From: Nitrospinales bacterium
GTDB lineage: Bacteria; Nitrospinota; Nitrospinia; Nitrospinales; JAJDAT01
Assembly: GCA_046757665.1 (NCBI GenBank)
Contig: JBHHYO010000073.1
Coordinates: 1-13,010, forward strand
Length of the DNA: 13,010 bases
Direction: 5' to 3'
A model generated the notes under the pieces. It was given only the letters and a program-made list of their open reading frames with translations. It ran no database searches and was not told where the DNA came from. Both the position numbers and the translations under genes were made by a program. This document shows, one piece after another, positions 5,500-13,010 of the stretch (positions are counted from its first letter, which is position 1; each line of letters starts with the position of its first letter).

Positions 5500-7446
5500 A
5501 TGTCCAAAGCACGCAAAAAATTTTCCGTCACGACGCCGATTTATTACGTCAACGACGTGCCGCACATCGGCCACGCCTACACCACCATCGCCGCCGACGT
5601 GATTGCCCGCTACAAGCAACTGGAAGGTTATGAGGTGCATTTTCTGACCGGCACCGACGAACACGGCCAAAAAGTCCAGCAGGCCGCGCAAAAAACCGGC
5701 GTGACACCCCAGGAGCACGTCGATTCGCTGTACAAACGGTTCAAGGAACTTTGGGCGCGCCTGAACATCTGCAACAACGATTTCATCCGCACCACGGAGG
5801 AGCGGCACAAAACGGTCGTTCGGAATATCCTGCAACGGCTGAAGGATCAGGGGGAGATTTACCAGGACACGTACGAGGGCTGGTATTGTATGCCCTGCGA
5901 ACGCTTCTGGACGGAAAAGGACCTGGCCGACAACCACTGCCCGGAATGCGCCCGCCCGGTGGAAAAAATTCGGGAATCGAATTATTTTTTCAAGATGAGT
6001 CAATACGGGGACTGGCTGGCGGAGCATATCCGGAGCCACGAGGATTTTATTCTGCCCGCCGGACGGCGGAACGAGGTGCTCGGCTTTCTCAAGAAACCGC
6101 TGGGCGACCTGTGCATCTCGCGGCCCAAAAAGCGTCTTCCCTGGGGGATTCCCCTGCCCTTCGACGAGGATTACGTTACCTATGTCTGGTTCGACGCCTT
6201 GATCAACTACATTTCCGTCCACGGCGCGCTGGAGGAAACCCGGCAGAGCGGATTCTGGCCGGCGGACCACCACCTGGTCGGCAAGGATATCCTCACCACC
6301 CACGCGGTTTACTGGTCCACCATGCTGAAGGCAACGGGACTGGAGTTGCCAAAAAATATTTTCGCCCACGGCTGGTGGACGGTGAACGGCCAGAAAATGT
6401 CCAAATCGCTGGCCAACGTGGTCGAGCCCAATCAGTTGATCGACCGGTTCGGCGCCGACGCCATACGCTATTTTCTCATGCGGGAGGTGCCGTTCGGCCT
6501 GGACGGCGATTTTTCCCACAAGGCCCTCATCGGCCGCGTCAACAGCGACCTGGCCAACAACCTCGGCAACCTGCTCAACCGCACGCTCAACATGATGAAA
6601 CGGTACTGCGGCGGCATCGTCCCGGCTCCCTGCGACCCCGAAAAAGGCGCGCCCATCGGGCAGGAGTTCCAGAAGACGATCGAAGAGATCGGGCCGCTTT
6701 ACGATGAACTCGCTTACAACAAAATTCTCGAACGCATCTGGCAGTCGGCGGATTTCATCAACCAATACATCAACGATACCGCGCCCTGGAACCTCTTTAA
6801 AACGGAGGAAGGCAAAAAGGAGTTGACCAACGTCATGTACAACTCCGCCGAATCCCTGCGCGTCATCGGCATTCTGATTTACCCGTTCATGCCGACGACG
6901 GCTGAGGAAATGATGCGCCAGTTGGGAATCGACCAATCCATTGAAGACCAGGGCATGGCGTCGATTCAGACCTGGGGCGGCCTGAAACCGGGAACCGAAA
7001 CGCGGCCCGGCGCACAGCTATTTCCGCGCATCGAGGAAAAGGCCGCCGCCGCTATCCTCGCCGCCGCCGAAAAAGCCGCCCAGGCGCAAACCGGCGCCAG
7101 CCAGGAACCCGCGCCGCAAAACGAGCGGGTCGGCATCGACGACTTTTTCAAACTCGATTTCCGCGCCGGGAAAATCCTCGAAGCGGAAAAAATAAAAAAA
7201 TCCAAAAAACTGCTCAAGCTGAAAGTTGACATCGGCTCGGAAGTGCGGCAAGTGGTGGCGGGCATCGCCGAATCCTATCCGCCCGAACAACTGGTCGGCC
7301 GCACGGTCATCCTGGTCGCCAACCTCCAGCCCGCAAAACTCATGGGCGTCGAGTCCCAGGGCATGGTGCTGGCCGCCGGCGATGGAGACAAAATCATTCT
7401 GGCGGGATTCGACCCCGAACCGTCTCCCGGAGCGCGCGTCAAATGA
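5500..7446 (+). CDS. metG: Methionine--tRNA ligase with C-terminal OB-fold tRNA-binding/dimerisation domain
   Basis: TTPIYYVNDVPHIGHAY (HIGH), GTDEHGQK, single Zn knuckle CMPC...CPEC, YVWFDALINY and KMSKS. An Ala-rich linker precedes the Trbp111-like domain (IDDFFKLDFRAGKI...NLQPAKLMGVESQGM). Confidence 0.99.
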   Translation: MSKARKKFSVTTPIYYVNDVPHIGHAYTTIAADVIARYKQLEGYEVHFLTGTDEHGQKVQQAAQKTGVTPQEHVDSLYKRFKELWARLNICNNDFIRTTEERHKTVVRNILQRLKDQGEIYQDTYEGWYCMPCERFWTEKDLADNHCPECARPVEKIRESNYFFKMSQYGDWLAEHIRSHEDFILPAGRRNEVLGFLKKPLGDLCISRPKKRLPWGIPLPFDEDYVTYVWFDALINYISVHGALEETRQSGFWPADHHLVGKDILTTHAVYWSTMLKATGLELPKNIFAHGWWTVNGQKMSKSLANVVEPNQLIDRFGADAIRYFLMREVPFGLDGDFSHKALIGRVNSDLANNLGNLLNRTLNMMKRYCGGIVPAPCDPEKGAPIGQEFQKTIEEIGPLYDELAYNKILERIWQSADFINQYINDTAPWNLFKTEEGKKELTNVMYNSAESLRVIGILIYPFMPTTAEEMMRQLGIDQSIEDQGMASIQTWGGLKPGTETRPGAQLFPRIEEKAAAAILAAAEKAAQAQTGASQEPAPQNERVGIDDFFKLDFRAGKILEAEKIKKSKKLLKLKVDIGSEVRQVVAGIAESYPPEQLVGRTVILVANLQPAKLMGVESQGMVLAAGDGDKIILAGFDPEPSPGARVK

Positions 7447-8831
7447 TTATCGACACCCACGCCCACCTCGACATGGAACAATATGCCGACGACCGGGAAA
7501 GCGTTATCCGCGCCGCCCGCGAAAACGGCGTCGAGTATATCCTGAACATCGGTTGCGACGTGGACAGTAGCCGCCGGTCGATCGAGCTTTCCGAGCAATA
7601 TGATTTCATTTACGCCGCCGCCGGGGTCCACCCGCACGACGTCAAGACGATGGACGCCGCCGCCTACGCCGAACTGCGGGAACTGCACGCGCATCCGAAG
7701 GTGGTGGCTTTCGGGGAAATCGGGCTGGATTATTTCCGCGACCATTCCCCCCACGACTTGCAACGCCTGCACTTCAAACAACAACTGGAGCTGGCCCGGG
7801 AACTCGGCAAGCCCGTCATCATCCACAACCGCGACGCCAAGGACGACATGCTGTCCATTCTGTCCGAATACTATCCGCTGAAAGACAAACCATCCGGAAT
7901 TTTCCACTGTTTTTCCGGCGACCAGGAGTTGGCGGAACAGGCCCTGGCGATGGGGTTTTACATTTCGTTTGCCGGGCCGGTTACCTTCAAAAACGCCAAC
8001 GGCCTTCGGGACGTGGCGAAAATTATTCCACCCGACCGGCTGTTCGTCGAAACCGACTCTCCGTATCTCAGCCCCATGCCGCATCGGGGCAAGCGCAACG
8101 AACCCGCCAACGTCAACCACACGGCGCGGAAACTGGCGGAAATCCGCGGCGTAACCATTGAAGACGTGGAACGGACGACGGCGCTGAACTTTTTCGAGTT
8201 GTTCGGTATCGGCAGAGCCGCCCAGCCGGGGACGATCTCCTACCGCATCCGCAACTCGCTTTATTTGAACCTGACTCAGCGGTGCACCAACGCCTGCGTA
8301 TTCTGCACGCGGCTGACGCGCCCCGTCGTGCAAGGCTACAACCTGAAACTCAAGCGGGAACCGTCGGCACAAGAGGTCTGGGAATCCATCGACGACGCAA
8401 CGAAATACGACGAGATCGTGTTTTGCGGCTACGGAGAACCGACCCTGCGGCTGGATGTCATCAAGGAAGTGGCGAAAAAAATCAAGTCGGCTGGCGGCAA
8501 GGTGCGGCTCAATACCAACGGTCACGGCAACGTGATCAACAAGCGCAACATCCTGCCGGAACTGGCGGGGCTGGTTGACGCGGTCTCCGTCAGTCTGAAC
8601 GCCGACAACTCGGAAGCTTACGACAAAATCTGCGTGCCCTGGCCTTCCCTGAGAAACGGCATTTACGATGAAATCAAGGCATTTATCGAGGAGGCCAAAA
8701 AACACATCCCGGAAGTGCAGGCAACCATCGTCACGCATCAGGACGGCGTGGACGAAAGCCGTTGCGAGGATATCGCCGGCCGGGAACTCGGCATCGACTA
8801 CCGCGTCCGGCGGTTCAACATGGTGGGCTGA
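7443..8831 (+). CDS. tatD: TatD-family deoxyribonuclease fused to a C-terminal TatD-associated radical SAM domain
   Basis: TatD motifs DTHAH, GVHPH, GEIGLDY, IIHNRDA, FHCFSG and ETDSPY. From about aa 261: SLYLNLTQRCTNACVFC (CxxxCxxC at 8283-8306), IVFCGYGEPT, RLNTNGHG and VSVSLNA. ATGA overlap with metG. Confidence 0.93.
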   Translation: MIIDTHAHLDMEQYADDRESVIRAARENGVEYILNIGCDVDSSRRSIELSEQYDFIYAAAGVHPHDVKTMDAAAYAELRELHAHPKVVAFGEIGLDYFRDHSPHDLQRLHFKQQLELARELGKPVIIHNRDAKDDMLSILSEYYPLKDKPSGIFHCFSGDQELAEQALAMGFYISFAGPVTFKNANGLRDVAKIIPPDRLFVETDSPYLSPMPHRGKRNEPANVNHTARKLAEIRGVTIEDVERTTALNFFELFGIGRAAQPGTISYRIRNSLYLNLTQRCTNACVFCTRLTRPVVQGYNLKLKREPSAQEVWESIDDATKYDEIVFCGYGEPTLRLDVIKEVAKKIKSAGGKVRLNTNGHGNVINKRNILPELAGLVDAVSVSLNADNSEAYDKICVPWPSLRNGIYDEIKAFIEEAKKHIPEVQATIVTHQDGVDESRCEDIAGRELGIDYRVRRFNMVG

Positions 8832-8833
8832 TA

Positions 8834-9223
8834 ATGCAACGATGGATTTCCCTGGGAGCGTTTCTGGGCGGACTGGGCGTCATCATGGGCGCGTTCGGGG
8901 CGCACTCGATGAAAGACCGGCTCAGCGAGCAAAAGCTGGCCGTCTTCCACACCGCCACGCAATACCTGGTCACCCACAGCCTGGCGCTCATCCTCATCGG
9001 CATCCTCGCCGCGCAAATCGGCGACGACCCGCGGCGCAAGCAACTGAACCGGGCGGCAACGCTGTTCACCGCGGGGATTTTTCTGTTCAGCGGCAGTCTT
9101 TACGTGCTGGCTTTCGGCGGCCCCAGGTTTTTCGGCCCCATCACCCCCATCGGCGGCCTGTCGTTCATCGTCGGCTGGATTGTCCTGTCCCTGGCGTTCC
9201 TCAAGAAAAACAACTCGGACTGA
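8834..9223 (+). CDS. DUF423 / YgdD (TMEM256) family small membrane protein
   Basis: 129 aa from ATG at 8834, with GAFGAH, FHTATQY...H, GIFLFSGSLY and GPITPIGG motifs and four hydrophobic segments. The ORF-track start at 8762 is an over-extension into tatD. Confidence 0.92.
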   Translation: MQRWISLGAFLGGLGVIMGAFGAHSMKDRLSEQKLAVFHTATQYLVTHSLALILIGILAAQIGDDPRRKQLNRAATLFTAGIFLFSGSLYVLAFGGPRFFGPITPIGGLSFIVGWIVLSLAFLKKNNSD

Positions 9224-9255
9224 GAACAGGAAAAGCAATCGACGCCTCGGCCCAA

Positions 9256-9702
9256 TCACAGTTTGGGTTTGTACCGCCAGCCCTCTCTTTTTTTGCAACT
9301 CCAGCCATCATGCAGTTGAAACGTCTGAAGGCTCTCCAGGGTCTCCGAATTGAAAAGGGCGACGACGCCTTCACCGGCAATGGGATTGTTTTTCAAATGC
9401 AGGCGTTTCAGTTGCGTCAGGACGGGCGAGCAGGCCAGCGCCTTGACGCCCTCGTCGCCCACCCCGTTGGCGTTCAGGTTCAGGTACTGGACGCAGGCCA
9501 AAAAAGGGCACTCGGCCAGTTCCTTCACGCCCTCGTCTCCCAACCGGTTGTCGTCCAGGTCCAGCCAGGTGACTTCGCGCATTCTGGGCGATTGCCATAG
9601 CAGGCGCGCCTCCCGCGGGCCGATGGCCAGTCCGCTCAGCATCAACTGATTGCCGCGTAACCGGCCTTCATAAAGCGCGTCAACGTTTTTGAATTTTTCC
9701 AT
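9256..9702 (-). CDS. Small leucine-rich repeat protein (ribonuclease-inhibitor-like LRRs, 27-aa period)
   Basis: Repeats VTWLDLDDNRLGDEGVKELAECPFLAC / VQYLNLNANGVGDEGVKALACSPVLTQ / LKRLHLKNNPIAGEGVVALFNSETLES plus a degenerate first repeat. Starts 6 nt after the rarA stop. Confidence 0.88.
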   Translation of the reverse strand: MEKFKNVDALYEGRLRGNQLMLSGLAIGPREARLLWQSPRMREVTWLDLDDNRLGDEGVKELAECPFLACVQYLNLNANGVGDEGVKALACSPVLTQLKRLHLKNNPIAGEGVVALFNSETLESLQTFQLHDGWSCKKREGWRYKPKL

Positions 9703-9708
9703 GTTTCG

Positions 9709-10989
9709 TCACGCTTCCTTGTCGTCCCCGGGCACATAAGTTTTGCCGCGCAACTCCCTGGGAAAATACTCCTGCTCAACACGATGACCGGGATAATTAT
9801 GGGGATATTTATAATCCACGCCGTAACCGTACTTTGCCGCGTCGGCGTAATGGGCGTCTTTCAGATGGTCCGGAACGGGATAGGACAACCCCTTGTTGCG
9901 GATGTCGTCCAGGGCGCGGTCGATGGCGCAAATGGCGGCATTGCTTTTGGGAGCGCGGGCCACGTAGATGACCGCCTCGGCCAGGGCGATGCGCGCCTCC
10001 GGCATTCCCAGGCGCTCAACGCTGTCGGCGGCGGCATTGGCGATAAGCAAGGCCCGGGGGTCGGCCAGGCCGACGTCCTCGGCGGCGGTGACCACCAGCC
10101 GGCGGGCAATGAACCGCGGGTCCTCGCCGCCGGCGATCATTTTCGCCAGCCAGTAGATGGCGGCGTCGGCATCGGAACCGCGCAAACTTTTTTGCAGTGC
10201 CGAGGCATGATCGTAATGTTCACTGCCGCCCTTTTCATACAACACCGCCGCTTCCCGGATGATCCCTTTCACTACGGCACGGTTAACCCTGGCGGGAGAA
10301 CCCTTGGCATTCGCGCCGACGCTGGCGAACGCCGCCTCCAGGACATTGAGCGCCCGCCGGGCGTCGCCGTTGGCGTGGCTGACGATCAGCGCCAGGGCGT
10401 CTTCGTCGATATCCCGCGCCCGCTCTCCCAATCCCTTCTCGTCATTCAACGCCCGATGCAGGATGGCGCGGATGCCCGCGGCGTCCAGATAGTCCAGGCG
10501 AAAAATCTGGCACCGCGACCGCAAGGCGGGAATCACCTCCAGCGACGGGTTTTCCGTGGTGGAACCGATCAATTGAATGACGCCGTTCTCCACGAAAGGC
10601 AGAATGGCGTCCTGCTGGCTTTTGTTGAAACGATGGATTTCGTCGATAAACAAAATGGACGAACAACCGGAAGCGGCGCGGGTTTTTTGCGCCAGCGCGA
10701 CGATCTTGCGGATATCCGCCACACCGGCGTTGACGGCGCTGATTTCATAAAACTGACTGCGGGTCAGGCGGGCGACGATGCGGGCGAGGGTCGTTTTGCC
10801 CGAACCCGGCGGGCCCCACAAGATAAAGGAAAACACAACGCCCTTGTCGATCAACCGGCGCAAGGGCCGGCCCGCGCCGATCAAGCGCTCCTGCCCCTGA
10901 AAGTCCTCCCAGCCGGAAGGGCGCATCCGGTCGGCCAGGGGAGCCGGCCCGCCGCCGGGCTCCGCTTCAAATTCGGGAAACAATTCCAT
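9709..10989 (-). CDS. rarA: Replication-associated recombination protein A (RarA/MgsA, AAA+ ATPase)
   Basis: PLADRMRP, Walker [72 protein letters not shown] and YKYPH. ATG at 10989 is preferred over TTG at 10995. Confidence 0.97.
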   Translation of the reverse strand: MELFPEFEAEPGGGPAPLADRMRPSGWEDFQGQERLIGAGRPLRRLIDKGVVFSFILWGPPGSGKTTLARIVARLTRSQFYEISAVNAGVADIRKIVALAQKTRAASGCSSILFIDEIHRFNKSQQDAILPFVENGVIQLIGSTTENPSLEVIPALRSRCQIFRLDYLDAAGIRAILHRALNDEKGLGERARDIDEDALALIVSHANGDARRALNVLEAAFASVGANAKGSPARVNRAVVKGIIREAAVLYEKGGSEHYDHASALQKSLRGSDADAAIYWLAKMIAGGEDPRFIARRLVVTAAEDVGLADPRALLIANAAADSVERLGMPEARIALAEAVIYVARAPKSNAAICAIDRALDDIRNKGLSYPVPDHLKDAHYADAAKYGYGVDYKYPHNYPGHRVEQEYFPRELRGKTYVPGDDKEA

Positions 10990-10995
10990 GAACAA

Positions 10996-11024
10996 AATTT
11001 ACCGCAAAGCCGCCGGGAACGCAA
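10996..11024 (-). promoter_or_regulatory. Sigma70-type promoter for rarA, probably giving a leaderless transcript
   Basis: Minus strand reads TTGCGT (11024-11019), 17 nt, TAAATT (11001-10996), then 6 nt to the ATG. No Shine-Dalgarno sequence. Confidence 0.55.
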
Positions 11025-11108
11025 AGCATATTGCCGCATGACACGATATAACCAAGCAGAAACCCTTTATCATTTACTCATTGTCAAGGTTTTCTGCGGT
11101 AAAAATCA

Positions 11109-11137
11109 TTCAAATGCACATAAGGCCGTGTTACAAT
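11109..11137 (+). promoter_or_regulatory. Sigma70-type promoter for the ATPase-DUF4276 operon
   Basis: TTCAAA (11109-11114), 17 nt, TACAAT (11132-11137) with a TGn extension. SD AAGGA at 11162-11166 precedes the ATG at 11175. Confidence 0.6.
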
Positions 11138-11174
11138 TTCAGCAAATTCAAGACTGTTTCCAAGGAAATCCAGC

Positions 11175-12365
11175 ATGAAAATCGAATCAATTTCCCTGAA
11201 AAATTTCAAGAGTTTCAAACATGCTGAAATGACGGATATTCCCCATTTTTGTGTTGTGGTGGGAGCAAACGGGACGGGGAAGTCAACCTTATTCAGCGTT
11301 TTTGGTTTTCTTAAGGAAGCGCTCAACAGCAATATTCATACGGCACTCCTCAAGTTAGGAGGCAATCGGGGATTTAATGAGGTGCGTAGTCGGGGAACCC
11401 AGGGAAATATAGAAATTGAACTGAAATTCAGGGAAAAAAGTAATTCCCCACTCGCCACCTATTTTCTTTCAATTGGAGAGGCTGACGACCGTCCGGTTGT
11501 GGAGCGCGAAATCTTGAAATACCGACGCGGTAGTGGCGGTAAGCCTTGGCATTTCCTCGATTTTTCCCGCGGAAAGGGCGAGGCGGTTACGAATGAACTC
11601 GATTTAGATAAAATAGCCGATATAACCAAACTTTCACGTGAATCGCAGACACTAAAGTCGCCGGATATCCTTGCTATCAAGGGACTGGCTCAATTTGAAC
11701 GCTTCTCAGCCGTAGTCGCCTTGGGAAATTTGATTGAAAACTGGCATATTTCAGACTTTCATATCAGTCGCGCGCGCCCGGAACAAGAAGCCGGTTACGC
11801 CGAGCATCTCTCCACTGAAGGCGAGAATCTCTCTCTGGTTACAGAATTTTTACATAGCCGCCACAGGGATACATTTTCCAAAATCCTGCAAAAACTATCA
11901 GAGCGCGTTCCCGGTATTTCAAAGGTGGATTCCAAAACAACCGAGGAAGGCCGGGTATTGCTTCGCTTTCAGGATGGCGCATTTGAAGACCCATTCCTTG
12001 CGCGTTATGTTTCCGACGGCACAATCAAAATGTTCGCCTATCTCACCTTGCTTTATGACCCTAATCCTCATCCCTTGCTGTGTGTCGAAGAGCCGGAAAA
12101 TCAACTCTATCCAAAGCTACTTTTGGAACTGGCTGAAGAATTCCGGAGTTATGCCGATCGTGGTGGACAGGTATTTGTCTCTACACACTCGCCTGATTTC
12201 CTTAATGCCGTGGAATTGGATGAAGTTTTTTGGTTGACCAAGGAGAATGGTTATACGCAGATCAAACGAGCTCGGGACGACAAGCAACTTGCCGCATTTA
12301 TGAAAGAAGGCGACAAAATGGGTTATCTCTGGAAGCAAGGATTTTTTGAGGGTGTTTATCATTGA
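11175..12365 (+). CDS. ABC-type ATPase of the AAA_21/AAA_15 (OLD/AbiEii/PtuA-like) class
   Basis: MKIESISLKNFKSF start, Walker A GANGTGKS, signature-like VSDGT, Walker B/D-loop LLCVEEPENQLYP and H-loop VSTHSP. Soluble, with no transporter partner nearby. Confidence 0.92.
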   Translation: MKIESISLKNFKSFKHAEMTDIPHFCVVVGANGTGKSTLFSVFGFLKEALNSNIHTALLKLGGNRGFNEVRSRGTQGNIEIELKFREKSNSPLATYFLSIGEADDRPVVEREILKYRRGSGGKPWHFLDFSRGKGEAVTNELDLDKIADITKLSRESQTLKSPDILAIKGLAQFERFSAVVALGNLIENWHISDFHISRARPEQEAGYAEHLSTEGENLSLVTEFLHSRHRDTFSKILQKLSERVPGISKVDSKTTEEGRVLLRFQDGAFEDPFLARYVSDGTIKMFAYLTLLYDPNPHPLLCVEEPENQLYPKLLLELAEEFRSYADRGGQVFVSTHSPDFLNAVELDEVFWLTKENGYTQIKRARDDKQLAAFMKEGDKMGYLWKQGFFEGVYH

Positions 12366-12949
12366 TGAACAACCTGGTCTTTTTTCTCGAGGAAACTTCC
12401 GCCGAAGAAATGCTAAAGGGCTTATTACCACGATTACTTCCCGAACAGTTTCATTTTCGGTGCGTCCCCTTTGAAGGCAAACAGGATATGGAAAAACAGT
12501 TGAAGGGAAAACTTAGGGGCAGGCGAACACCTAATACATATTTTGTCGTATTAAGAGATAAAGATAATGGCGATTGCAGGCAGATCAAACATAATCTTGA
12601 GAAAATCTGCAAGACCGCCAACAGGCCGGATGTTTTAATTAGAATAGCCTGCCATGAGCTGGAGAGCTGGTATCTCGGAGACCTGAAAGCAGTTGAGGAA
12701 GGACTCGGAATCCACGGTTTGTCCACAAAACAAAATCAGGGCAAATTTAGAAATCCAGACAACCTTGCCAATCCTGCTCAAGTATTCAAAGGATTGACAA
12801 ATAATGTGTATCAGAAGATGTCGGGTTCTCGTAGTATCGGTCCATGTTTATCGCTGGAGAATAATCGGTCGCACAGCTTCACTGTTTTTATTTCAGGCAT
12901 TAAGAAGTTGATCGCCGAGGCAATCAAAAGAGGGCCAACTTCTCCTTGA
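12365..12949 (+). CDS. DUF4276-family protein (TOPRIM/RloB-like putative nuclease)
   Basis: LVFFLEE (first-strand Glu), VVLRDKD (DxD), IACHELESWYLGD and NRSHSF. ATG at 12365 overlaps the ATPase TGA (TGATG), indicating translational coupling. Confidence 0.85.
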   Translation: MNNLVFFLEETSAEEMLKGLLPRLLPEQFHFRCVPFEGKQDMEKQLKGKLRGRRTPNTYFVVLRDKDNGDCRQIKHNLEKICKTANRPDVLIRIACHELESWYLGDLKAVEEGLGIHGLSTKQNQGKFRNPDNLANPAQVFKGLTNNVYQKMSGSRSIGPCLSLENNRSHSFTVFISGIKKLIAEAIKRGPTSP

Positions 12950-13010
12950 CGACAAGTTGAGCGGCCATTTTTTGCGCCATCCAATACCACCCTACCCCCA
13001 AAGCCCTTTC

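Noticed and set aside
5751-6707. 318-aa alternate-frame ORF inside metG, and similar ones such as 8668-9600 and 3634-4266
   Set aside because: Arg/Pro/Gly-rich or motif-free off-frame translations typical of high-GC DNA.
5386-6936. 516-aa antisense ORF opposite metG
   Set aside because: Shadow frame of a GC-rich, codon-biased gene with no recognisable motifs. metG fully explains the region.
7275-8738. 487-aa antisense ORF opposite metG/tatD
   Set aside because: Same shadow-ORF effect; it overlaps two well-supported genes.
9784-11178. 464-aa plus-strand ORF opposite rarA
   Set aside because: Antisense shadow of rarA with no domain features.
12521-12523. AGG (Arg) in KLRGRRTP of the DUF4276 protein, where I recall Trp in homologues
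   Set aside because: Based on memory only and the frame is intact, so there is no support for a pseudogene or inactivation call without an alignment.
12963-12980. TGGCGC-N5-ATGGC on the minus strand as a sigma54 site, or the same stretch as a terminator
   Set aside because: The -12 element lacks TTGC, and there is no stable stem followed by a U-tract.
1-13010. tRNA, rRNA, CRISPR array, riboswitch or T-box upstream of metG
   Set aside because: None recognised. The ricT-metG gap is only 23 nt, and no repeat-spacer periodicity was seen in any intergenic region.

Overview
Bacterial chromosomal window. The ferredoxin type and gene order suggest a Nitrospinota/Nitrospirota-like or deltaproteobacterial lineage (inference). 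A GC-rich housekeeping core (about 2984-10989) carries a divergent 2x[4Fe-4S] ferredoxin, the operon holB - PSP1/RicT(YaaT) - metG - TatD::radical-SAM fusion - DUF423, and a convergent rarA - small LRR protein pair. Both flanks are AT-richer accessory DNA. The left flank has a truncated hypothetical gene, a ParDE toxin-antitoxin pair with a clear promoter/operator, and a 167-bp MITE (15-bp terminal inverted repeats, 9-bp target duplication, internal REP/RPE-like palindrome). It also has a divergent pair, a GAF-like/LuxR-HTH regulator and an orphan 13-Cys protein, separated by three palindromic boxes spaced 23 bp apart. The right flank has a translationally coupled ABC-type ATPase (AAA_21/AAA_15-like) and DUF4276/TOPRIM-like gene pair, a candidate anti-phage system. 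Best candidates for undescribed biology: the LuxR-box-Cys-rich module, the ATPase+DUF4276 pair, the composite MITE and the TatD-radical SAM fusion. All family assignments come from motif recognition by eye; no database searches were run.
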